A stretch of 64,000 nt of DNA, taken from contig JAVYVJ010000001.1 of assembly GCA_038727705.1 (NCBI GenBank), positions 543,924-607,923 on the forward strand, given 5' to 3'. Positions 26,040 to 34,789 of the stretch are shown in pieces. Positions within the stretch are counted from its first letter, which is position 1. Every line of letters begins with the position of its first letter. A program made the position numbers and the translations under genes. The notes below the pieces were generated by a model, which saw only the letters and a list, made by a program, of their open reading frames with translations, was not told the DNA's origin and ran no database searches. The DNA comes from Zestosphaera sp. (GTDB taxonomy: Archaea > Thermoproteota > Thermoprotei_A > Sulfolobales > NBVN01).

Positions 26040-28043
26040 GAAGCAATAAGAAAAGACTGAAAGACACAATACAATACATTACTATCCCGAAAAATATTGG
26101 ACAACATAAGAATAGAAGCAATAAGAAAAGACTGAAAGCATTTCTTGAGGTGAGTGCATGAGTTCAGGAGTCGTGAAGGACGTGATAGTGAAGCAATAAG
26201 AAAAGACTGAAAGTATAAAGCTCGGACTCATTGATTATCCCTCGCCTGAAGGCATATATTGCGAAGCAATAAGAAAAGACTGAAAGCGATCCACGGATAA
26301 TAGATGCATTCCGACTGAGTGTTGAACGGACAGGCGCCGAGCGAAGCAATAAGAAAAGACTGAAAGACTGGACACTATACATATTCAAGAATAAAAACAA
26401 CTTCACAATAAGAATAACGAAGCAATAAGAAAAGACTGAAAGGATTTTCTGTAGTGGCTCCAGACGCTCACCAGTGTTTGCGTCTATTACTATAGAGAAG
26501 CAATAAGAAAAGACTGAAAGAAAGAGGCCAACGCGGCGTATAAAAAGAGACTAGCGTACAAGAATTGGACGCGAAGCAATAAGAAAAGACTGAAAGGTGG
26601 ACTGGTCCTCTGGCTACACTGGGACTCGATAGACACCGCTAACAACGTGTGAAGCAATAAGAAAAGACTGAAAGTACTTCGACGGGGCTGTCGGAGGTAT
26701 ATTCGACGTGATAAGAAATGCCTGAAGCAATAAGAAAAGACTGAAAGACGACCCCAGGTCGTGCACGTGTCCGCCCATGTAGAGACAAACACGAGGGTCC
26801 CACCAGAAGCAATAAGAAAAGACTGAAAGAAAGTTGTTTGTATGTAGCTCTCTGTTTGTATGGGCTGGTTTACTGTAAGTTTACAGAAGCAATAAGAAAA
26901 GACTGAAAGAGTCCGTTCATTCCGACGGGCTTCGGCAGGACGAGCAAACATATGACGATGAAGCAATAAGAAAAGACTGAAAGAAGTACTTATCCACAAT
27001 CGTCAAGAGTCCGTCAAAGGAAGCAATAAGAAAAGACTGAAAGCTCTTACCAACACCGCGTAGCTGTGCTTCAAGCTCTGTCCTCGGAACAGAGAAGCAA
27101 TAAGAAAAGACTGAAAGGTACATCACCATCATTCACATTCAGCGTATCAATGGAGGGTAAGAGCTGATGAGCGAAGCAATAAGAAAAGACTGAAAGAGAA
27201 CTGGGATTACTGGGACCACTGAATTCAAACTTATTACCCCCATAGGGAAGCAATAAGAAAAGACTGAAAGGCTACGACGCGGGCCTCGAATCAATGTGCA
27301 AAGCAAATGGGATAGGGTATGAGGGAAGCAATAAGAAAAGACTGAAAGTGCTCTACTCCTCCACTTCTCAATTATCTTATCCAACGGAGAAGCAATAAGA
27401 AAAGACTGAAAGATCATTCATTCCGGACGGCGTCGCGGACGAGGTGTTGATGAACGACTGCCTCGAGCACGAAGCAATAAGAAAAGACTGAAAGTTCTGC
27501 GTCAGCGGGCACTAATTCGCTCTTTTTTCGAAGCAATAAGAAAAGACTGAAAGCGAGCCTGCTGCAAACAGGAACAACATGCCGGAGCTGAAGCAATAAG
27601 AAAAGACTGAAAGCTCTACACAGCGCTCAGCTCAGGAGCATCGGTCTACATTCCGACGGACGCGTGAAGCAATAAGAAAAGACTGAAAGATGATCAACGA
27701 TATGATGCCCGAGCCGCCTATAATGAAATAAAGTTTGCCGTCCGTCCTGAAGCCCGACACCACCGCCCCCGTCGGCAGACTGAGCATCGTGTCTAGGAAC
27801 GCCATGATGCGCTGAAGCAATAAGAAAAGACTGAAAGACGGACTGACTTCGCCGTAGCGGTTCTCGGGAAGAACAACGTTTCTGAAGCAATAAGAAAAGA
27901 CTGAAAGATGTATGAGAAGCAGTTCGGCAGGCGCGTCTCGTTCGGCGTCATTCTTTAGAAGCAATAAGAAAAGACTGAAAGATGGCGTGCGGCGTTCCGG
28001 TCGTTGCTGGATACTATACGAAGCAATAAGAAAAGACTGAAAG
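26040..28043 (+). CRISPR. CRISPR array 2: 27 identical 24-nt repeats and 26 inter-repeat segments, transcribed on the plus strand
   Basis: The repeat is GAAGCAATAAGAAAAGACTGAAAG. Hand-counted inter-repeat lengths from the leader are 51,51,49,56,52,54,52,54,49,58,56,50,36,50,55,50,54,40,58,35,36,52,124,46,50,38. Confidence 0.97.
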
Positions 28044-28235
28044 ATCTATGTTGAATCACCTAGGAAAAGAGGATATATGAAAGGAATTTAAAAACTTCAT
28101 GGACTTTCCATAGAAAAATGTCGAGCTCCAATCAATGAAGTAGTAGTATATGATATGTTAAGGTAATATCACAATATAAAGTATGTTCATATATTAAGCA
28201 TATTTCCATGGAACTTCAGGACGTACGTGTTCGAG

Positions 28236-28279
28236 CCTGCGGAGCCGGAGATCCCGGGGTTCAAATCCCGGTGGGTTCG
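28236..28279 (+). other. degenerate 44-nt copy of a tRNA-Arg 3' half (anticodon loop to acceptor 3' strand); att-like direct repeat of 10780-10822
   Basis: CCTGCGGAGCCGGAGATCCCGGGGTTCAAATCCCGGTGGGTTCG aligns with tRNA-Arg CCTCCGGAGCCGGAGA-CCCCGGGTTCAAATCCCGGCGGGCCCG at about 38/44 (5 substitutions, 1 indel) in the same orientation. The 5' half is missing and the T loop is distorted, so it is not a functional tRNA. Confidence 0.7.
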
Positions 28280-28393
28280 TCTTTGAGTTGCTGTGATTGA
28301 CCCCGGTTATCTCGCGAGACTCATATTGAAAGTAAAGCTTATATTCCAGCACTGTTGCTATCGCATTTCGGGTGATGGAAGGTACTAGAGTCT

Positions 28394-29291
28394 TTGATGA
28401 TTATGTTACTGATAATAGCAGGTTATGTTTTGGCATTGGGTGGAGTTAGTAGAGTGCTTTCACTCGTCAATAACTTCCTGTTCTACATAACGTTGCCTGG
28501 GATTATATTTCTCTCCATAGTGAGGATCAGCAGCGTTGAAGACTTTCTCATAATGCTTTGCGTTTCACTTATTCACATGAGCATCACATTTGTCGTGTCA
28601 TACTGTGGAACTAGGTTCGTCATTAAGGATATGGTAACACGTCTTACGATGACTACTTCGTTGGTTCTCGCGAACTCCGTGTTTTTAGCTATACCGTTGG
28701 CGACGCTGATGTACGGGGAGCCCCACGACCGTATTGCCTTACTTCATAGCTTTCAACATATACTTGGCCCCCTTCATTTTCTTCGTCACCATTAAGACAG
28801 GAAGAATGAGGGGCGGTGGTGGAAACTTAAGTAACTACCTCAAGTCGTTGCCGCATCTAATGGCCTTTATAATTGCCTTAGCCCTCAGATTGACAGAACC
28901 CGGTCTCGGCCTGAAGCTGGACACAGCGTTCACGTTGCTTAGCTACACGAACTATAGTTCATTCCTAATAATAGGCGGCCAGCTAGCCAGGCTCAGGTTA
29001 GATTACCTTAAGAGATCGCTAGGAAGGCTGCTTCTCCCATTCACCATAAAGTACGTCATATCACCCATTGCAGCATTAACGTTATACGTGTTCGCGGCAT
29101 CGTTTAAGCAGTCACTCTCAGCGTTTTTCCCGGGGTTAATGATTCAGAGCGTCATGTCCCCGGCCGTCAGCACGGTGGTAATAGCGAAAGTGCACAAGCT
29201 GGAATCAGATTTTGCAACACTGCTGATCGCTCTAATGACCCCTATCTCAATAGCGTTGGCGGTGATCGCAGGTTTGACTCTAGCAAGCTAG
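28394..29291 (+). pseudogene. auxin-efflux-carrier (AEC) family permease, split by a frameshift into 133-aa and 185-aa ORFs
   Basis: ORFs 28394-28795 and 28734-29291 are both polytopic-membrane-like and together match the ~300-aa AEC layout. The second frame is open from 28710. The frame change falls near the G4/C4 runs at 28715-28724. Confidence 0.6.
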
Positions 29292-29326
29292 TCCAATCTC
29301 CTATCTCGCTCCCTTCAAGTTTTGGT

Positions 29327-29494
29327 TCAGCCGCACTTTAACTTCGAGTCCTTGGGGTAACATATCCTGAACTTGTCTAACGCAACGCAGATCTGGTCGA
29401 TAGGTATGAAAGCAGTGGCTCCCGACTTGGTTTTAATGAAGACTGACTTACCAAGCACTTTCACCTCGGCCTCCTCACACTCAACTATCCCCAC
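29327..29494 (-). CDS. possible small protein (55 aa, GTG start), not in the ORF track
   Basis: Manual translation gives VGIVECEEAEVKVLGKSVFIKTKSGATAFIPIDQICVALDKFRICYPKDSKLKCG. A TATA-like TTTATTAAA lies about 30 nt upstream of the GTG on the minus strand. It is directly downstream of nfo. Confidence 0.3.
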   Translation of the reverse strand: MGIVECEEAEVKVLGKSVFIKTKSGATAFIPIDQICVALDKFRICYPKDSKLKCG

Positions 29495-29566
29495 TCACCA
29501 AAACATTAACTAAGTTACAGAAAATTTAATAAATTCAGAGTACGGCCCGAGGCCTTCACACCCTCA

Positions 29567-30412
29567 TCACCGCCCCTGCAATTCCCGTAGCTTCCCCTGA
29601 AGCAGTTGCGCATCTATTTCCAGACTTGGTGACTCACATATAATGACTCCCTCAGCGCCGTAGTCCCGTAAAGCGTGCAGGACTCCAGCCCAGTTGAAGG
29701 CTGAATCCTTGAAGTCCACGTGCTTCCTCTCCCCCCTTTCACCATACTCGATGCCTGAGAGATGTATGTGCATGCTTCTTAACGCGTCACTACCCAGCCT
29801 CGATTCCACGAACTCCAAAGCCCTGGCGAAATCATCCACCCTGTTGAACATGCCTCTACTTCTGGCGTAGAGGTGCGCGAAATCCAAGGCTACGTTAGCC
29901 ATGTCAACACCCTCCACAACAGCCACTACCTCCTCAAGAGATCCAAACTCGGCCAAACCACCCATAGTTTCAGGTCTAACCCATATTCTAATGCCCTCAT
30001 CAACCAGCTCAGCAGCAATTTCCCTGAGCCTCTTCCTCACAACTTCAACGGCCTTCTCCGAACTCAACTTACCGTAGTAGCCCGGATGGAACACGACGGA
30101 CCAAGCCCCAGCCAAGTGCCCTACCCTAGCCGAGTTAAGGATTCTCTCTGTAGAAGCTTTCACAGTACCCTCCTCTTTAGATAGAAGGTTGATGTAGTAA
30201 GGCGCGTGAACCGTTAGCACAACACCCACCCCTCGCGCTACATCCTTGAGTGTGGAGGCGTCCCCGCCTTTAAGCCAGACACCCCTCACGAACTCTATCT
30301 CCATCGCACTTAAACCCAACTCCCTGACCTTCCTAACACCCTCAACAACCCCTGAACCCTTAGCAGCCAAAGGAATTCCAGCCGGACCTATAAACAAGCC
30401 TCCAAGACCCAA
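29567..30412 (-). CDS. nfo: endonuclease IV (AP endonuclease family 2, TIM barrel)
   Basis: 281 aa with metal-ligand segments (HAPYYINL, VFHPG, DFAHL, HIHLSG, ICESP) as in Nfo. Confidence 0.85.
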   Translation of the reverse strand: MGLGGLFIGPAGIPLAAKGSGVVEGVRKVRELGLSAMEIEFVRGVWLKGGDASTLKDVARGVGVVLTVHAPYYINLLSKEEGTVKASTERILNSARVGHLAGAWSVVFHPGYYGKLSSEKAVEVVRKRLREIAAELVDEGIRIWVRPETMGGLAEFGSLEEVVAVVEGVDMANVALDFAHLYARSRGMFNRVDDFARALEFVESRLGSDALRSMHIHLSGIEYGERGERKHVDFKDSAFNWAGVLHALRDYGAEGVIICESPSLEIDAQLLQGKLRELQGR

Positions 30413-30486
30413 AGCAATACCCCAAAGACATCTAGCTTAACTGAAATATTAACTTACAAGGTCATCATGCTTAACCGGAGGAGAAG

Positions 30487-30806
30487 TGGTAGCGGGGGGT
30501 GGATTTGAACCACCGACCTCGGGGTCTCCCATTACCCCGGTAGACCCAATATACTACTATACCCCTCGCCCCTTATAAACATTATCGTTTCTTGGTAGGT
30601 AAAGATCCATCGGCCCCCCACAGAGTGCCTTACCGCAATAATGGTCAGAGGACATTGCTGGAAATATTAGCTTAATAGCTCGTAAACTCCCTCAGGCAAT
30701 CAAATAAGGTTGGTAGTGATCGCAGAAATACTCCTGGTGGGGGGACTTGAGTGGTCCACCGGGGCTTTATGAGCCCCGCGGGCTAACCTGGCTACCCCAC
30801 CCCGCT
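30487..30806 (-). tRNA. initiator tRNA-Met (CAT) interrupted by a ~242-nt intron at the canonical 37/38 position
   Basis: The 5' exon (30806-30768) is AGCGGGGTGGGGTAGCCAGGTTAGCCCGCGGGGCTCATA. The 3' exon (30525-30487) is ACCCCGAGGTCGGTGGTTCAAATCCACCCCCCGCTACCA. It has an A1:U72 pair and a GGG/CCC anticodon stem, which are initiator hallmarks. The intron ends form a 13-bp helix (GCCCCGGTGGACC / GGTCTACCGGGGT). Confidence 0.82.
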
Positions 30807-31830
30807 ACTCTGTCCCCCCATTCTTCATACTGTCTAAAGAGGTTTTTAAGCGTTGGGCTCTCACAGCCGCCCTGAGAGCGTTCCACTCGGGTGTGGTTCC
30901 TGGCCCCACCCCATATTTCTTGGTTACCATGACCTCGAGGTCTAGCTCGGTGGGTATTCCTAGCCTCCTTGCCTCAGCCCATGTCTCGGCAAGCGATCTC
31001 GTGTACCTAATCCCCTGAGCCAGCTTGTTTAGTTTGATTACCTCTTCACTCCTCAGCAAGAACGTCATTAGGGTGGCTACGTTAACGTTCATCACCCTAC
31101 TACCGCCTCTTATCGGCTTAGCCCCTACGTCGCCCTTAAGCGCTAGGAAAGGCGCCTTACTTGCCTCGGTCTTTACACGATCTATTATAGCTTCGTAGAG
31201 GCTTCTGTGATGATCCCACAGACCCAGCGCCCCGACGTAGCCACCAGCCCGCAGTACTTCACCTATCCTTTGAAGCACTACCTCCTGAGGCAACTCGCCG
31301 TCAGCGCCTGGTGCCGCAATACCTACCAAGCCCCCTGTTCTTTCAGTAGCTGCTAACGTGATCGCGTCTGCGAGCGGTGACCATAGATCCTCCTCCCACC
31401 CCTCAGCAAGTATGTCACCGCCTACGTCCAGGTCTATCAGCAGAGCCCCATCACTTAACTCGCTGAAGCATCTGTAGACCCCCTCAACACCGTGCTCTAA
31501 AGTGACTGCAGGGATCTCTGTTCCAAGCACCTCAGCGACGTACGCTGTGTGAGGTCTGAACGCATACTCACCACGCACGACGTAAGTGTCCTTGCCAACC
31601 CACACACATTTATCCAGCCTGGCGTTCCTGAGGCTGGCTCTAGGCACGGGCCCGGGGTATGGGTCAACTACCCATCTCTCCCACAGGACTCCCGCAGGGA
31701 GGCACTCACGCGTACCCACAACGTCCTCAAGCACCTTACAGAAGACGTAGGCTGAAACGACGTCCCCACCACCCCCAGCGCCTACCACAACAACTCTGGA
31801 GCTACGTAAAGTCGTAGTCCAACGACCCAA
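30805..31830 (-). CDS. conserved hypothetical protein (DUF1152-like)
   Basis: 341 aa with motifs VVGAGGGGDVVSA, DVGGDIL and SPLADA, which I associate with the archaeal DUF1152 family. Its TAG stop overlaps the first 2 nt of the tRNA. Confidence 0.5.
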   Translation of the reverse strand: MGRWTTTLRSSRVVVVGAGGGGDVVSAYVFCKVLEDVVGTRECLPAGVLWERWVVDPYPGPVPRASLRNARLDKCVWVGKDTYVVRGEYAFRPHTAYVAEVLGTEIPAVTLEHGVEGVYRCFSELSDGALLIDLDVGGDILAEGWEEDLWSPLADAITLAATERTGGLVGIAAPGADGELPQEVVLQRIGEVLRAGGYVGALGLWDHHRSLYEAIIDRVKTEASKAPFLALKGDVGAKPIRGGSRVMNVNVATLMTFLLRSEEVIKLNKLAQGIRYTRSLAETWAEARRLGIPTELDLEVMVTKKYGVGPGTTPEWNALRAAVRAQRLKTSLDSMKNGGTE

Positions 31831-31906
31831 CCCTCGTTACCTCCATATCAAAAACCGGCGTTAGACTTAAGTTTATATTCTTTCGCGTGCTTAATCATTT
31901 AAGGGG

Positions 31907-32647
31907 TTGAGGAGAATGGCTTTCGGTCCGCCGGCACTCGGGTATGATAGGGCGATAACGGTATTTTCTCCCGATGGCAAGCTCTATCAAGTGGAGTATG
32001 CTGCGGAGAACGTCAGAAAGGGCTGGACTACAGTAGCTCTCAGGACTGATAGTGTAGGCGTTCTAGTAGCTGAGAAGAGGAAGATCTCAACACTAATAGA
32101 CATGAACTCAATAGCTAAGATCTTCTTAGTGGATTCTCATATGGGGGCCTCTTTCGCAGGTCTCGCCGCTGACGGCAGGATTCTAATAGACTACGCAAGG
32201 AAGGAGGCTCTCAACTACAGATTCATATACGATGAACCAGCTGACGTCGAGTACGTTGTTAAATCAGTATGCGATGTGAAACAATTGTACACACAACACG
32301 CAGGCGTGAGACCCTTCGGAGTCTCACTGATATTCGTCGGTAAGGATAAGAAGGGGATCCACGTCTACAAAACCGAGATAAACGGCTATTATTTCGCATA
32401 CCTAGCCCTGGCAGTAGGTTCCGGGGAGCAGCCAGCTATGGAATACCTTGAGAAGAACTACAGGAAGGATCTAAAGAGGGAGGACTCTGTAGAGCTGGCG
32501 CTTAAAGCGCTTAGATCCGCTTCAGAGGAGGGCTTGACACCCGAACTGATTGAGATAGGGATTGTGACGTTGGAGGACGGTGTCTTCAGGAAGCTTACCT
32601 ACGACGAGACTTCTGACTTCATCTCGAAGACAGGTGTGAATAAGTGA
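31907..32647 (+). CDS. psmA: proteasome subunit alpha
   Basis: It carries YDRAITVFSPDGKLYQVEYA and an overall 20S alpha pattern. The real start is probably ATG at 31916 (MAFGPP...); the track start at 31907 is TTG. There is a TATA at 31872-31879. Confidence 0.92.
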   Translation: MRRMAFGPPALGYDRAITVFSPDGKLYQVEYAAENVRKGWTTVALRTDSVGVLVAEKRKISTLIDMNSIAKIFLVDSHMGASFAGLAADGRILIDYARKEALNYRFIYDEPADVEYVVKSVCDVKQLYTQHAGVRPFGVSLIFVGKDKKGIHVYKTEINGYYFAYLALAVGSGEQPAMEYLEKNYRKDLKREDSVELALKALRSASEEGLTPELIEIGIVTLEDGVFRKLTYDETSDFISKTGVNK

Positions 32648-33336
32648 GTAAGGAGTACGTGATAGCCCGACTGGAGAAGAGCGGCTCGAGATTTGAGATT
32701 CTGGTCAACCCGGAGAAGGCCCTCAAATATAAGGAGGGGGAACTAGGGGACGTCGCGGAGGTTCTGGTAGGTGACATAGTCTACAAGAATGTTAAGAAGG
32801 GCGATAAGGCATCGCCGCAGGACCTGATCAGGGCGTTCGGAACGACTGACGTGAGGGTAGTTGCTGACACTATACTTAAGAAGGGGGAACTCCAGCTGAC
32901 CACAGATCAGAGGAGAAGGCTCATAGAGCAGAAAAAGAGGCTGATAGTCAGCTACATAGCTAAGTCGGTAGTAGATCCGAAGACAAAGACCCCTATCCCG
33001 CCCCAACGTATTGAGAAGGCCATGGATGAGGCAAGGATCTCCGTGGACCTCTACAAGACTGTGGAGGAGCAGGCCTCAAAAATAGTTAAAGAGCTTGTTA
33101 GGGTGCTCCCAATTAAGGTCGCTAAAGCTCTGATAACCATCAAGGTACCGCCCGCGATCGCCGGAAGAGCCTACAGCGAGCTGAAGAAGCTGGGTGAGGT
33201 TAAAAATGAGAGGTGGCTAAGCGACGGCGCACTCTACATGGAGGTGGAGATACCTGCCGGGATGCAGAACGAGGTTATAGACTCTATTAACAGAGTAACT
33301 AAGGGTGATGTGGAGTTAAGCGTGAAGGTGATGTGA
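32644..33336 (+). CDS. ribosome maturation protein SDO1/SBDS homologue
   Basis: 230 aa with the N-terminal FYSH-domain pattern (ARLEKSGSRFEILVNPEKALKYKEG). It sits at the conserved position in the archaeal exosome superoperon. Confidence 0.85.
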   Translation: MSKEYVIARLEKSGSRFEILVNPEKALKYKEGELGDVAEVLVGDIVYKNVKKGDKASPQDLIRAFGTTDVRVVADTILKKGELQLTTDQRRRLIEQKKRLIVSYIAKSVVDPKTKTPIPPQRIEKAMDEARISVDLYKTVEEQASKIVKELVRVLPIKVAKALITIKVPPAIAGRAYSELKKLGEVKNERWLSDGALYMEVEIPAGMQNEVIDSINRVTKGDVELSVKVM

Positions 33337-33337
33337 G

Positions 33338-34081
33338 GTGAGCAGTCCACCGGAGCAGAAGGTTGAGAGGGTCCTCGTAACGCCTGGCGACAAGCTGGCG
33401 GAAGGGGACTTCAAGGTATTGACGCCGACAACAGTGTATAAGGTCGGCACTGCCTACTACTCATCCGTAGTAGGTTTCCTCGAGCTCAACGCTCAGGAGA
33501 AGAGTGTCAGGGTCATACCGCTTGAGGGCTTCTACTACCCTAAGGTCGGGGACGTAGTCATAGGCATAGTTAGCGACATCGGACTCACAGGCTGGGAGCT
33601 TGACATAAAGGCACCGTTCCCAGGAGTTCTTCATGCAGTTGATTTTCTCGGCAGGCCGATCAACCCTGCCAAGGATAACCTGAAGGACATACTTGACGTG
33701 GGAGACGTGGTAGTGGGTAAGGTCGAGGTGTTTGATAGAGCACGGGATCCAGTTATATCCACTAAAGGCAAGGAATTCGGGAAGGCCACTGGAGGGGCTC
33801 TCGTAGATATAAATCCAGTCAAAGTCCCGAGACTCATCGGCAAGAAGGGCTCCATGCAATCCCTGATAGAGTCGGAGACCGGTTGTAAGCTAATCATAGG
33901 CAATAACGGTAGGGTGCTGGTCAAGTGTGAGAACAAACAACATGAAGACATAGCGGTGAGAGCCATCAGGAAGGTTGAGAATGAAGCCCACATATCCGGC
34001 CTGACGGACCGCATAAAAGAATTTATTATGGTGGAGAAAGTTAGGAGGGGTTTGACAGGTGCTGAAGAGCGAAAGACCTAA
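33338..34081 (+). CDS. rrp4: exosome complex RNA-binding subunit Rrp4 (S1 + KH)
   Basis: 247 aa with an S1 domain ([20 protein letters not shown]) and a KH domain ([28 protein letters not shown]). Confidence 0.88.
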   Translation: MSSPPEQKVERVLVTPGDKLAEGDFKVLTPTTVYKVGTAYYSSVVGFLELNAQEKSVRVIPLEGFYYPKVGDVVIGIVSDIGLTGWELDIKAPFPGVLHAVDFLGRPINPAKDNLKDILDVGDVVVGKVEVFDRARDPVISTKGKEFGKATGGALVDINPVKVPRLIGKKGSMQSLIESETGCKLIIGNNGRVLVKCENKQHEDIAVRAIRKVENEAHISGLTDRIKEFIMVEKVRRGLTGAEERKT

Positions 34082-34787
34082 GCTCATCGACGAGAATGGC
34101 TTGCGTCATGATGGAAGAAGGCCTGACGAGCTCAGGCCGGCCAAAATGGAGGTTGGGGTCCTCAGCAACGCAAGCGGTTCTGCCTACGTGGAATTCGGCA
34201 AGACCAGAGCGATAGCCGCGGTCTACGGGCCTCGGGAACCACCGCAGAGGTATATGGTCTTGCCCCACAGAGCAGTACTCAGGTGCAGGTATCACATGGC
34301 CTCGTTCTCCACAGACGAGAGAAAGAATCCAGCACCTTCAAGGAGGGAAATAGAACTGTCCAAGGTCATAAGGGAAGCCCTTGAGCCCGTGGTCATGAGC
34401 GAGTTATTTCCGAGAACGTCAATAGATATATTTATAGAGATCATCAGTGCGGACGGTGGGACTAGGACAGCCGCACTCAACGCAGCGTCCCTAGCCCTCG
34501 CCGACGCAGGAATACCGATGAAGGATTTAGTGGCGGCAGTAGCGGTTGGCAAGGTTGACGGGCACCTAATTTTAGACGTGGATCAGGTCGAGGACAACTA
34601 CGGTGAGGCTGACATGCCGGTGGCGATGGCGCCATCCATCAACGCGATAACATTGCTCCAGTTGAACGGCGTGCTGTCGCCCTCCGAGTTTAGCGAAGCG
34701 CTTAACCTAGCGTTTAAAGGCATAAACGAGGTGTATAGGCTCCAGAAGGAGACACTACGTAATAAGTATTTAGTTAGGGTGGAGTAG
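34059..34787 (+). CDS. rrp41: exosome complex exonuclease Rrp41 (RNase PH fold)
   Basis: 242 aa carrying [12 protein letters not shown]...[21 protein letters not shown] and [24 protein letters not shown]. Confidence 0.9.
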   Translation: MLKSERPKLIDENGLRHDGRRPDELRPAKMEVGVLSNASGSAYVEFGKTRAIAAVYGPREPPQRYMVLPHRAVLRCRYHMASFSTDERKNPAPSRREIELSKVIREALEPVVMSELFPRTSIDIFIEIISADGGTRTAALNAASLALADAGIPMKDLVAAVAVGKVDGHLILDVDQVEDNYGEADMPVAMAPSINAITLLQLNGVLSPSEFSEALNLAFKGINEVYRLQKETLRNKYLVRVE

Positions 34788-34789
34788 AA

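Noticed and set aside
28062-28083. AGGAAAAGAGGATATATGAAAG after the last repeat of array 2 as an eroded terminal repeat
   Set aside because: It shares only AAGAAAAGA-like and TGAAAG blocks with a 7-nt insertion, and would leave a spacer of only about 18 nt. This is too weak to call, and the array end is kept at 28043.
28211-28282. Possible complete tRNA or a functional 3' half of a split tRNA-Arg(GCG)
   Set aside because: The upstream sequence does not form an acceptor or D arm. The T arm needs an 8-nt loop because of an extra G, and the acceptor 3' strand TGGGTTC has no partner nearby. It is treated as a decayed fragment, although a split-tRNA role cannot be excluded without the rest of the genome.
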